From Candidatus Nanosyncoccus sp. (GTDB lineage: Bacteria; Patescibacteriota; Saccharimonadia; Saccharimonadales; Saccharimonadaceae), in the NCBI GenBank assembly GCA_045578525.1, contig JAZNKL010000006.1:3419-67418 (forward strand): a DNA stretch of 64,000 nucleotides. The letters run 5' to 3'. Within the stretch, counting starts at the first letter, position 1. Every line of letters starts with the position of its first letter. A program made the position numbers and the translations under genes. The notes under the pieces are model-generated. The model had not been told where the DNA came from, did no database searches, and worked only from the letters and a program-made list of their open reading frames with translations. This document shows, piece after piece, positions 31,438 through 40,072 of the stretch.

Positions 31438-32385
31438 ATGTCTAAAGAACCAAACACTTTTAAAGTGCGGCTCACTAAGATTCACTTGTCAAGGGATTTG
31501 CCACCGGTAAAGGTTATGCTGACTGGAGATTGGCACATTAGCCCAATTGTTTCTGAGCGCCAAGAAAAGTTTCTTGCGGATGCCATCTCTAAAACAAAAC
31601 CAGACGTTATTATAGTGCAAGGTGATCTAATCGATAGTCCTACAGAGTTGAAGCGAGAAACTTCGCTTAAAAAATTAGTGCGCGAGTTAAAACTCTGTGC
31701 CAAAGCTGCTCCGACCGCCGTGGTTTTAGGTAACCATGACTATATTACACCAATCAACCCAATTGAGGTACGCAAAGAATACTCTATTCCAAAATTTAAA
31801 ATTATATGCGAGAAATGTGGAGTCAAACTACTTCTAGACGATTGGTTGGAACTAGACAATATACGCATTTTCGGCGCTTTTCAAAATGAAGAGTGTTTGA
31901 TAAAGAAAACAAAAAATGACCGCTATATTTATTACGAAAATCCTCGTTCCTTCCAGAAAGAAATAGAAAACCACGACTTTTCTAATATACAAACCGATAA
32001 AATCAATTGGTTTGCGGCGCATGCACCGTTTTTCACTCCAAAAGTAATTGAGATATTGCAAGGCTTTGATGTACTTTCTTTTGGTCATACTCACGGAGGA
32101 ATTGTGCCAAGAGGCGTAGATGAGACTCTTGAGAAACTTCATATTCATGGTGGATTATATAGTGCTGGAAAAAGACCATTTCCTAGAAAGGTACGTGGCG
32201 CTTGGAAAGAAAAACAGGGGAGTTATGTTGTAATTAACTCAGGAATGGTAGGTATGCAATTCTGTGCACCAAGAGTACTACAAAGTATGAACTTCGTTAA
32301 AGCGGCAGAGGTAAATCTAGTAGAAGTCAATGGGGAGGCTACACATCAGAAGATCGAAGAAAAAACCACTTCGGAACAAGAATAA
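31438..32385 (+). CDS. Calcineurin-like metallophosphoesterase
   Basis: GDWH, GDLID, GNHD, GHTHGG. Confidence 0.88.
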   Translation: MSKEPNTFKVRLTKIHLSRDLPPVKVMLTGDWHISPIVSERQEKFLADAISKTKPDVIIVQGDLIDSPTELKRETSLKKLVRELKLCAKAAPTAVVLGNHDYITPINPIEVRKEYSIPKFKIICEKCGVKLLLDDWLELDNIRIFGAFQNEECLIKKTKNDRYIYYENPRSFQKEIENHDFSNIQTDKINWFAAHAPFFTPKVIEILQGFDVLSFGHTHGGIVPRGVDETLEKLHIHGGLYSAGKRPFPRKVRGAWKEKQGSYVVINSGMVGMQFCAPRVLQSMNFVKAAEVNLVEVNGEATHQKIEEKTTSEQE

Positions 32386-32442
32386 AGCAAAGAATAGTTT
32401 GCTTTTTAAAGACAAGTGTGGTAATATATAGATATACAACGT

Positions 32443-32519
32443 GCGAATGTAGCTCAGTTGTTTAGAGCGCTTCCTTGCCAAGGAAGAGGTCGAGAGTTAG
32501 AGTCTCTTCATTCGCACCA
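32443..32519 (+). tRNA. tRNA-Gly(GCC) with T19/A56 instead of G19/C56
   Basis: CTTCC-TT-GCC-AA-GGAAG; D-loop AGTTGTTTA; T-loop TTAGAGT; CCA. Confidence 0.92.
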
Positions 32520-32631
32520 CTATAAATGGCTTTGCCATTTATTTTTTGCTTCGCAAAAAAGGCCTTACGGCCTAAGTGGTGCTTGGACTTCGTGATCGCA
32601 CCACTATAAATGGCTTTGCCATTTATTTTTT
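32512..32631 (+). repeat. Exact 36-bp direct repeat of the tRNA-Gly 3' end plus terminator, 84 bp apart
   Basis: TCGCACCACTATAAATGGCTTTGCCATTTATTTTTT at 32512 and 32596. Confidence 0.92.
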
Positions 32632-33165
32632 TGTCTCAAAAATCTTGTCTGGAAATTTGACGGGGTAACTCTCTCTGAGATCGGACACTAAATCGGATAC
32701 ATATTCGTCAAGTCTTTCTGAATAGCGGTTTTCTGTCATCTTCTCGGAATCAATTTCGATATCTTCCCCATTCTTACGTTTACAATTGGTATGTACCAGA
32801 ACTAGGTTATTAGAATAATTACTTCCGTAATTGCGACGCGAAACGATATGCTCTACCCTTGCGTTATGTAAATTTGTAATTGGTTTGTGGCATATCCCAC
32901 AAACACCGAATTGACAATCATATTGTTCTTTAGTCCATTTTTTGAAAATCGACTTTTTCTTGAGCTTAGTAAAAACGAAGCTTGCAAAATTCCAATACTC
33001 TCCTTTAAGATCTAAAATCTGCTCTTCCTCAGCTTTTTTCTCATCTTCAGCAATCGCTTCATCAATGTTTTCTAGGCCTGGAACACATTCAAAAAGATAT
33101 TTATATTCCTCACCAGAATATTCTTTTCTTAGCTCCTTATATTTTCTGATTAATTCTGCATCCAT
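32623..33165 (-). CDS. HNH endonuclease-like protein
   Basis: CGIC..VEHIVSR..GSN..NLVLVHTNCK. Confidence 0.75.
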   Translation of the reverse strand: MDAELIRKYKELRKEYSGEEYKYLFECVPGLENIDEAIAEDEKKAEEEQILDLKGEYWNFASFVFTKLKKKSIFKKWTKEQYDCQFGVCGICHKPITNLHNARVEHIVSRRNYGSNYSNNLVLVHTNCKRKNGEDIEIDSEKMTENRYSERLDEYVSDLVSDLRESYPVKFPDKIFETKK

Positions 33166-33166
33166 G

Positions 33167-33862
33167 TTATTCCCCAGCAATTAGCTCGATTATTTTCTCG
33201 GCCGCTCTTACAGGACCAAGTTTAGTCACGTTCACACTCTTTCCGTCCACGTCAGCGATAGTTTGATTGACGCCTTTTCTGACAACCATATCAAAAGTGA
33301 TTACTGTTGGATAAAGTGCGCTCGGACGAATGCCATATAGCAACAGGTCAGCAAAATTGCTCTTGAAATTGTCGAGGCTCTGTTCGGTGGTCATAATCAC
33401 TGGTTTACCACACTCGTGATAATGAACGCATGATGCGAAACTACTACTTGCGCCACCAACCATCACTAAATTGCCCGTAGATTGCTTGGCAATTTCGTCA
33501 ATCACTTCTTCTATGCGGACAGCGAGAGCGTTTGACGCGTGACTGATATTGACGGTAAAGGCCGGAAGCTTAAAGAACTTGGTGTCACCCTGGTAATAAA
33601 GACAAGGCTTATCAATATCTCTACCATAGTCAAACAGTGATAAAAGATTGATGCCTTGTTCAGATTTTTCGGCCACTTCTTGCTCTGCAGCTTTCAAAGC
33701 GTTCAAAAACTTTTCTGGCGCAATAATTTCGGTGATGTTTTGGTAGCATAAATTTGGATCAAATTGATATTTAGCGCAGTAATCTTTGACGGTTTGTTCA
33801 TCACAAGTCAAAGACATAGCACGAGCTAGAAGGCCAGCATAATTTTTAGATAGTATCGTCAT
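33167..33862 (-). CDS. Hypothetical protein (HNH operon gene 2)
   Basis: 231-aa ORF overlapping the upstream gene and abutting HNH. Confidence 0.75.
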   Translation of the reverse strand: MTILSKNYAGLLARAMSLTCDEQTVKDYCAKYQFDPNLCYQNITEIIAPEKFLNALKAAEQEVAEKSEQGINLLSLFDYGRDIDKPCLYYQGDTKFFKLPAFTVNISHASNALAVRIEEVIDEIAKQSTGNLVMVGGASSSFASCVHYHECGKPVIMTTEQSLDNFKSNFADLLLYGIRPSALYPTVITFDMVVRKGVNQTIADVDGKSVNVTKLGPVRAAEKIIELIAGE

Positions 33863-34874
33863 AGTATTCCTCCTCTCTCTCCTCAGTTACTTCCTCTACA
33901 TTTATCTTAGTCTCTTTGGTAGTATTACTAGACATCTCTTCAGCTACCTCTGTAACTATTTCGTAGTAATCTTCTTCGGTCAATTTCGGTTTTCTGCTCT
34001 TGCCAAATATCCGACGAGCAATTTTTGGCTCTTTTACGGTGAGTAACAATTTGATTAACAATCTAAAATCGGTATTTTTGTCAGAAAGCGAATTATCTAG
34101 CAGATCCTCAAACCACTCGCTACTCAAAAAATCATCCTCAGAAAAATAGTCCATCACCTCAAATATTTGATAGTCCACCACCCAAATTATAGCCAAAATC
34201 TTTTCTAGGTCATCGCCGGTTTCTGCGATTTTTTCAATAGCATCGAAGGCATCAATAGCCTCACTTAGGAAATTTTCATCGTCTAGATCAGTATTAATCG
34301 GAACATAATAATAGTCGTCTTTCATTACAAAGTGGTAATCAGGTTTAATTAAATCAATTAAACGATCGTAATTTTTTAGATCGGTTTCCTCATAAGTTTT
34401 CAAGAGTTCGTCAGAGATAACCTTTGCTTTATCGAAATTTCTAGAAGAGATTGCTTCAATTAACACTGGAACTGCATTTTTCAGAGCATTGTCGTGGAGG
34501 CGCTCATACATTTCATCAAAGGCATAGCCACCACAGCCAACCTCTCTAAAATCATACTCGATCTTAGCTGTCCTAAAATGACAGCTCTTCAGCAAGTCCC
34601 TAATTTTGGCTAGGTTTTCAAAATCCCTCTTCGCGCTCTGATATTCCATGGAATCTATCAATTTTTCGTCACCAGGTAGAGTGATCTCTTCAGCGCGCAA
34701 ATCGGCCTCTTTAAAATCAAATCTTTTAAAGTCTGGGGCAATTTTGCTTAAAGCCTCACAAAAAGACGTCGCTCTTTCATAAGCAGAGGCCAAATCGGTG
34801 CTAGATGCATTCTGAATTACATAATCACTAGCAACACGTCCCACTCCGTGATTTTCGGCAAAATCATCACTCAT
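33846..34874 (-). CDS. Acidic hypothetical protein (HNH operon gene 1)
   Basis: 342-aa ORF; TGGTATAAT promoter upstream. Confidence 0.78.
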   Translation of the reverse strand: MSDDFAENHGVGRVASDYVIQNASSTDLASAYERATSFCEALSKIAPDFKRFDFKEADLRAEEITLPGDEKLIDSMEYQSAKRDFENLAKIRDLLKSCHFRTAKIEYDFREVGCGGYAFDEMYERLHDNALKNAVPVLIEAISSRNFDKAKVISDELLKTYEETDLKNYDRLIDLIKPDYHFVMKDDYYYVPINTDLDDENFLSEAIDAFDAIEKIAETGDDLEKILAIIWVVDYQIFEVMDYFSEDDFLSSEWFEDLLDNSLSDKNTDFRLLIKLLLTVKEPKIARRIFGKSRKPKLTEEDYYEIVTEVAEEMSSNTTKETKINVEEVTEEREEEYYDDTI

Positions 34875-34986
34875 TTACTATAATATTATACCATAATTAT
34901 GCCCTTTTTGACAAGTATTTCGCATTGTTTTTCGATATCCGTAAAGTATTGGAATTGTCGTTCAAATATGATAAAATAAAAGAGAT

Positions 34987-35060
34987 GGCGCTGTGGCGGA
35001 GTGGTTACGCAGAGGTCTGCAAAACCTTGTACACCGGTTCAATTCCGGTCGGCGCCTCCA
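34987..35060 (+). tRNA. tRNA-Cys(GCA)
   Basis: GAGGT-CT-GCA-AA-ACCTT; U73; CCA. Confidence 0.96.
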
Positions 35061-35131
35061 CGAAAACTGAAAACAAATTTTCGTTTTTGTGTTCGGCGCC
35101 TTGACTGCCTTTGGCAGAGGCGGCGCCTCCA
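35049..35131 (+). repeat. Re-iterated tRNA-Cys 3' end
   Basis: CGGCGCCTCCA at 35050 and 35121; TCGGCGCCT at 35093; CTGCC-TTT-GGCAG hairpin between. Confidence 0.7.
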
Positions 35132-35143
35132 AATTCAAGTTGT

Positions 35144-35228
35144 GGCCGAGTGGCGGAATTGGTATACGCGTTCGACTTAAAATCGAATGACGAAAGTCAT
35201 ACGGGTTCAAGTCCCGTCTCGGCTACCA
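35144..35228 (+). tRNA. tRNA-Leu(TAA)
   Basis: TTCGA-CT-TAA-AA-TCGAA; variable arm; CCA. Confidence 0.96.
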
Positions 35229-35318
35229 AAATCTATCGATTTTGTCCGCCGATACTTCCTAAGTGGTGGATGTTTATCATAAATTCTTTGAAGTTCCAAA
35301 CTGGGACTTTTTTGATGT

Positions 35319-35424
35319 CAAGAAAACGCGCCTAAATTAGGCGCGTCTCTGTTTCTAGGTGATTAATCACAGCTAGAAAACTCCTGGATATTAGGCGGCT
35401 CTCAACTTCGTCCAATATCCTCTA
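35319..35424 (-). ncRNA. Candidate ~105-nt orphan sRNA
   Basis: TTGACA-16-(TGC)TAAAAT, two hairpins, ACGCGCCTAA/TTAGGCGCGT terminator with TTTTCTT. Confidence 0.5.
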
Positions 35425-35527
35425 CTTTGATTTTAGCATATGCAAAATACGTGTCAATATTGTTTTTTCACAAAGTTTATGTCGTAGTTTTATCACTATT
35501 TTAACAGGGGTGTGAAGCGATATTTTA

Positions 35528-35590
35528 TTGACATTTTTGTGAATGTGTGCTATAATAAGGATATAGGGTCGAGAAGTTCTCGACTTTTTT
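35528..35590 (+). promoter_or_regulatory. Consensus sigma70 promoter followed directly by hairpin and U-tract
   Basis: TTGACA-17-TATAAT, GTCGAG-AAGTT-CTCGAC, TTTTTT. Confidence 0.6.
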
Positions 35591-35648
35591 GTTCGGTTTT
35601 CTCCAAAATAGAGTATAATAAATATACATAAGCGAGGATACCGTAGTA

Positions 35649-36281
35649 ATGAAACAAAAATTTTTAAGGTGGTGTGATGGTTTTAAACTATCGGCAATGG
35701 GTATAGTATTAGCCTCAAAGAAACCAAAGTTTTGGCTAATTTTCTTCATTTCCTTTGTGTTATTTGGCACACTACTTAGCCTTCTCTCTGGAGGAATGGG
35801 CGCAGTCAATCTCCTCTTTGCTACTGATTTGGGTGGGAAAATACAGATTTTAAGTGATGGCTTTCTGGCACTATTCGGAATAAACAGAGCTTTTGCTGAT
35901 TGGCTACTAATTTTCACCATTTCTCTTTTACAAGCATTACTTATTGCACTAATCGCTCTAGTTTGGAAAAAGAAACATGCTAGAAAAACGCAAACTGGCA
36001 CGAACGGAAACGAGGTGCAAAATGCTGGAATAATTGCAGGTCTTGCAATTCTAGGAAGTGGCTGCCCAACTTGCGGAACAGCTCTAATTACACCAGTTCT
36101 TGGCGCAATTTTCTCTACCTCTAGCTACGCAATCGCTGGCGCAATCTCCAGTGTCATTACTATGATAGCAATCATTATTGCACTTTTATCAGTTAAAAAA
36201 GTAGGTGAGGAAGCCTATGTTATAATGATAGATGAAGAATGGAGAAAAAATCATAAAAAAGGAGGTTCTCGTGAAAGGTAG
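35649..36281 (+). CDS. Membrane protein with GCPTCG motif
   Basis: Four or five TMs; GSGCPTCGT; overlaps the DsbA-like gene. Confidence 0.75.
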   Translation: MKQKFLRWCDGFKLSAMGIVLASKKPKFWLIFFISFVLFGTLLSLLSGGMGAVNLLFATDLGGKIQILSDGFLALFGINRAFADWLLIFTISLLQALLIALIALVWKKKHARKTQTGTNGNEVQNAGIIAGLAILGSGCPTCGTALITPVLGAIFSTSSYAIAGAISSVITMIAIIIALLSVKKVGEEAYVIMIDEEWRKNHKKGGSRER

Positions 36282-36975
36282 GGTCGTTTCTACGATTGCG
36301 CTGATTGGAATTGTGTTGCTTATTGGGGCACTAATCGTCATCAACCTAAATAAACCGGAAGACCACACTGATAGGGTTTGGAATGAAGGTACAACTATGG
36401 GAAAGATGGACGCCAAAAATTATTACGTCATGTACACAGATTTAGCCTGTCCGTATTGCGATGCTTTTTCTCGCGCAATCGCGGAAAACGAAGAGGAATT
36501 TAAACGAGATTATATCGAGGGAAAAGATATCTTGTTTGAAGTTCGCGTCACAGAATTCTTGAAACTTTATGGTGAACATAAGCCGAACATGTCTGAGTGG
36601 AGTGCAGAGGGAGTGTATTGTGCTAGAAACGAGGGGAAGTTCTGGGAGTATTATCACGCGGCTCTCCTTTCTCTTTGGGAAGATTATCAATCAAAGGGAT
36701 ATGGTGTCTCTAAAACCAGCCCAGCAATTTCCAATATGACCGCTGATTACTGGTTAGAAATTGGTCATAAAATTGGGCTTTCTTCTGATTTTGACAAATG
36801 TTTTACGGAGCATCAGATGCTTGATGAAGTACGTGCCAATACTGCAAAAGCAGCTCAATATGTAGATGGTGGTTTGCCATACTTTAAATTTGGTAGCTTT
36901 ACAACTGGTGGATTTGATACGAATTGGGGTTGGGACTATGTCAAAAAGTATCTTGACGCTGGGCTGAAGAAATAA
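36271..36975 (+). CDS. DsbA/thioredoxin-4 family oxidoreductase, membrane-anchored
   Basis: GGAGG SD then GTG 36271; YTDLACPYC; GGLPYF. Confidence 0.8.
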   Translation: MKGRVVSTIALIGIVLLIGALIVINLNKPEDHTDRVWNEGTTMGKMDAKNYYVMYTDLACPYCDAFSRAIAENEEEFKRDYIEGKDILFEVRVTEFLKLYGEHKPNMSEWSAEGVYCARNEGKFWEYYHAALLSLWEDYQSKGYGVSKTSPAISNMTADYWLEIGHKIGLSSDFDKCFTEHQMLDEVRANTAKAAQYVDGGLPYFKFGSFTTGGFDTNWGWDYVKKYLDAGLKK

Positions 36976-36977
36976 GT

Positions 36978-37544
36978 TTATTTTAACACAGGCTTTATCT
37001 TCTTAGCCTCAAAAAGAACGGTCGGCACCGCTGGTGGTGGAGTGAAATCTGTCGACCTTAACGGATAGCGGATTTTGGTTTGGTATTTAGTTATCAGAGC
37101 CTTGCCGAGTTGAGAAGTATAGTGGCGATCAGTGTTCAGTAACTTCAAAGCAAACTGCTTTTGCAAAATCAAATAAAAACTCTCTGGCGGATTATCAGCC
37201 TCTAGGAGCTTGTGAACGATTTTCGATGAAAGATCGAATGGTGGATTAGCAAAAACTTTATATTTTTCTTTTGGCAAATCGCAGCTTAAAAAATCATTTT
37301 CAATTACAATGACGTTTTCTACGTGGTGTTTCTTTAAATTGGCGTATAGTTTTTTAGCAACAACGGGGTCCTTTTCTATGGCAATAACTTGCTTGCAACG
37401 CTTCGAGAGTGCGACGGTGATCACGCCGGAACCGGCGCCAATATCCAAAACAACATCGCGTTTTTTAATATTGCTGTGTCCGATCAACATCAACGCAAGG
37501 CGTGGACTTCTTAAGAAATGTTGCGAGAGCAGATGATTTCGCAT
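36978..37544 (-). CDS. Short Erm/KsgA-family rRNA adenine N6-methyltransferase
   Basis: SQHFL, LDIGAGSG, AIEKD, FANPPF, FTPPPAV; no C-terminal helical domain. Confidence 0.8.
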   Translation of the reverse strand: MRNHLLSQHFLRSPRLALMLIGHSNIKKRDVVLDIGAGSGVITVALSKRCKQVIAIEKDPVVAKKLYANLKKHHVENVIVIENDFLSCDLPKEKYKVFANPPFDLSSKIVHKLLEADNPPESFYLILQKQFALKLLNTDRHYTSQLGKALITKYQTKIRYPLRSTDFTPPPAVPTVLFEAKKIKPVLK

Positions 37545-37559
37545 CGACTACTGTCTCCA

Positions 37560-38900
37560 TTATTTATCGTTAAACGTGATTTGTTCTTGTTTTCCGGTAG
37601 CGAAATTTTTAATTTGATATTTCCTACTTTTTAGCTCATCACCACCGAAGATGATCCCGGAGCCGGCAATTTTAGTGGCATAAGTGATTTTATCGCCAAG
37701 CTTTTTGCCAGACAAAACGATCTCTACGAACTTTCCATTTTCACGAAGTTCTCTAGCCAAATTGTATGCAGCAGTTCTGAGTTCAATATCATCAGCGTCG
37801 ATTGGCACAATGGCAATGTCAATCGGCTTCTTCTCAGCAGAGTCTATCAGATTATTTTCCGACAAAATGAAGAATAGACGCGACAATCCAATAGACGCAC
37901 CAACACCTGGGAACTTTTGATCGGTGTAGTGAGAAGCGAGGTTTTCATAGCGACCACCGCCGCCAATCGAACCAAGCTCTGGATAGTCTGGAAGACAAGC
38001 CTCAAACACTGTCCCAGTATAGTAATCGAGTCCGCGGACGATTTTAAGATCGATGGTTGCGGCATCGCCTAGCCCATACGCTTTCAAATCTTCCATCACA
38101 GTGATTAGCTCAGATAGACCCTCAGACAGTGTGTCGTTTTTAGCGTCAGATTTTTTGGCTGCGATATTAATCTTTAGGAAATCAATTTTCTCTAGTTCCC
38201 TGATGTCTCCATGGACATTCATAAATGTTGTAATATTTACAACATTCTCCTCTGATATTTTTAGTTCTTTTAGTGCGGACACGGTTTTCTCTTCTGGGAC
38301 TTTTTCAGCGTGGTCAATAATATGAGAAATTTCCGCCGCCTTATCTTCTACCCCTAAAATCTCCAGTGCACCGGTTAGGAATTTACGGTTACTAATACGG
38401 ATCTTAACGTTGGTTTTTACGAATGATTTTAACGCGTCATAAAAGCAAGCAATTACTTTTGCATCATAGTAAATCGGCAGAGTGTTTCTACCAATCACAT
38501 CTACATCACACTGATAAAACTCGCGGAATCTTCCCTTTTGGGCACGCTCGCCGCGGAAATTACGGCCAATCTGAGTCACGGAAAATGGGAAATGCAAATC
38601 ACTCTCATGCTCCACCACGTAACGTGCTAGTGGGACGGTATGATCAAATCTTAGTGCTTGGTCAGCGTCTTTAGCCGTCTCTTCGGTCTTGTAAACTCTG
38701 TAGATCTGCTTTTCAGTATCACCACCAGCCTTAGCAAAAAGGATATCTGTACGGTCAATGGTTGGAGTTTCAATATTTAAAAACCCGTGTTTTTTATAAG
38801 TATCTGCAATTTTTGTTTTAATTTCATTGAAGATGGCCTGCTTCCCAGGCAAGAATTCTTGCATTCCAGAAATTGGCGAAGTATTCATTTTTTTGCTCAT
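37560..38900 (-). CDS. hisS: Histidyl-tRNA synthetase
   Basis: LRFDHTVPLARY, RGERAQKGRFREFYQCD, RGLDYYTG, GGGRY. Confidence 0.96.
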   Translation of the reverse strand: MSKKMNTSPISGMQEFLPGKQAIFNEIKTKIADTYKKHGFLNIETPTIDRTDILFAKAGGDTEKQIYRVYKTEETAKDADQALRFDHTVPLARYVVEHESDLHFPFSVTQIGRNFRGERAQKGRFREFYQCDVDVIGRNTLPIYYDAKVIACFYDALKSFVKTNVKIRISNRKFLTGALEILGVEDKAAEISHIIDHAEKVPEEKTVSALKELKISEENVVNITTFMNVHGDIRELEKIDFLKINIAAKKSDAKNDTLSEGLSELITVMEDLKAYGLGDAATIDLKIVRGLDYYTGTVFEACLPDYPELGSIGGGGRYENLASHYTDQKFPGVGASIGLSRLFFILSENNLIDSAEKKPIDIAIVPIDADDIELRTAAYNLARELRENGKFVEIVLSGKKLGDKITYATKIAGSGIIFGGDELKSRKYQIKNFATGKQEQITFNDK

Positions 38901-38942
38901 ACTTTCATTATAACACAATGTATGATATAATCTAAGGAATGT

Positions 38943-39018
38943 GGCTCTGTAGCTCAGTTGGTAGAGCAGAGGCCTGAAGAGCCTTGTGTCACTGGTTCAA
39001 GTCCAGTCGGAGCCACCA
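38943..39018 (+). tRNA. tRNA-Phe(GAA)
   Basis: GAGGC-CT-GAA-GA-GCCTT; CCA. Confidence 0.97.
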
Positions 39019-39170
39019 GATTTTATATGAGTCGGCATTTTCGCCGATTTTTTAGTGGTAAAATTCTGTTAAGTACCTTGTAGTAATAGTATTCATTTTT
39101 GGAGCATGTTTGCAACGAAAAACTGCCAAAAATGCGGTTTTCACCACTGTTAGAATGTCTGTTAATATCC
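39013..39170 (+). repeat. Inter-cassette element copy 1
   Basis: CCACCA, TCGGC/GCCGA-T6, CTGTTAAGTACCTTG (39066), TGTTAATATCC. Confidence 0.8.
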
Positions 39171-39176
39171 TAAAAT

Positions 39177-39818
39177 CTATGCTACCCCATCCCATTCGTC
39201 ATAAAACTCTTTCAAAAATTCTTTCATGAACCTATGTCTATGCTCCGCCATGTTTCTAGCAGTTTCGGTATTCATTAAATCTTTAAGTTTTAAGAGTTTC
39301 TCATAAAAATGAGTTATTGTCGTACCTGTATGTTTATAATACTCGTCGGCAGACATGTTCTCTTTGTGCTTCATGTCGGGAATATGCATCGGCACATTAT
39401 GATTCCCACCATAAGCGAATGTTCTACCTATTCCAATTGCTCCAATCGCATCCAGTCTGTCTGCGTCTTGTACAATTTTCCCTTCTATCGTCTCTGGAGT
39501 GATGGTATCTTTTCCCTTGAACGACACTTGAGAAATGATATGACAAACTTGTTCTATTTCTTCGTCAGAAACACCATGACGTTCTAGGAAAGACTTTGCG
39601 TTATGGAATGGATCCTCTTCACGTCCTACTAACTTATAATCATCTACATCATGTAATAATGCGCTCAAATAAACTAATTTTGTATTACACTCTTCAAATC
39701 TCGCAATATGTTTCGATAAATTATACACCCTTAAAGTATGATAATAATCATGCCCACTGAAATCATTCTTAAAAAACTCTTTCACATACTCCAAAGTTTC
39801 ATCCACTATGTTTTTCAA
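39177..39818 (-). CDS. HD-domain phosphohydrolase (YedJ-like)
   Basis: GHDYYH, ALLHDVDD, VQDADRLDAIG, HFYEKLLKL; AT-rich. Confidence 0.9.
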   Translation of the reverse strand: MKNIVDETLEYVKEFFKNDFSGHDYYHTLRVYNLSKHIARFEECNTKLVYLSALLHDVDDYKLVGREEDPFHNAKSFLERHGVSDEEIEQVCHIISQVSFKGKDTITPETIEGKIVQDADRLDAIGAIGIGRTFAYGGNHNVPMHIPDMKHKENMSADEYYKHTGTTITHFYEKLLKLKDLMNTETARNMAEHRHRFMKEFLKEFYDEWDGVA

Positions 39819-39888
39819 CCTTATTTCTCCTGTTTTATATATCTATCATAACACGAGACGCTCTTACTTTTATCTCTTCTCTATGCAG

Positions 39889-40072
39889 TGTTAAAGCCTG
39901 AGCAATTCGCCCCCACCACAACGTATTTAAATCGGCAAAATGGCCGATTTTTTAGTAGTAAATCTCTGTTAAGTACCTTGCAGGTTCTAGGGTGCTGTTT
40001 TGCAACGATTTTGCACAAAAAAATGCGTCCGAAAACGCATTTTTGCCCCTATAAAATCGTCTGTTAATACCC
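39889..40072 (+). repeat. Inter-cassette element copy 2
   Basis: TGTTAAAGCC, CAATTCGCCCCCACCA, TCGGC/GCCGA-T6, CTGTTAAGTACCTTG (39966), TGTTAATACCC. Confidence 0.8.

Noticed and set aside
35525-36001. 158-aa minus-strand ORF
   Set aside because: Antisense shadow of the 35649-36281 membrane protein; also runs through promoter DNA.
39047-39074. Chromosomal dif site
   Set aside because: The right arm resembles XerD (9/11) but the left arm ATTTTTTAGTG does not resemble a XerC arm.
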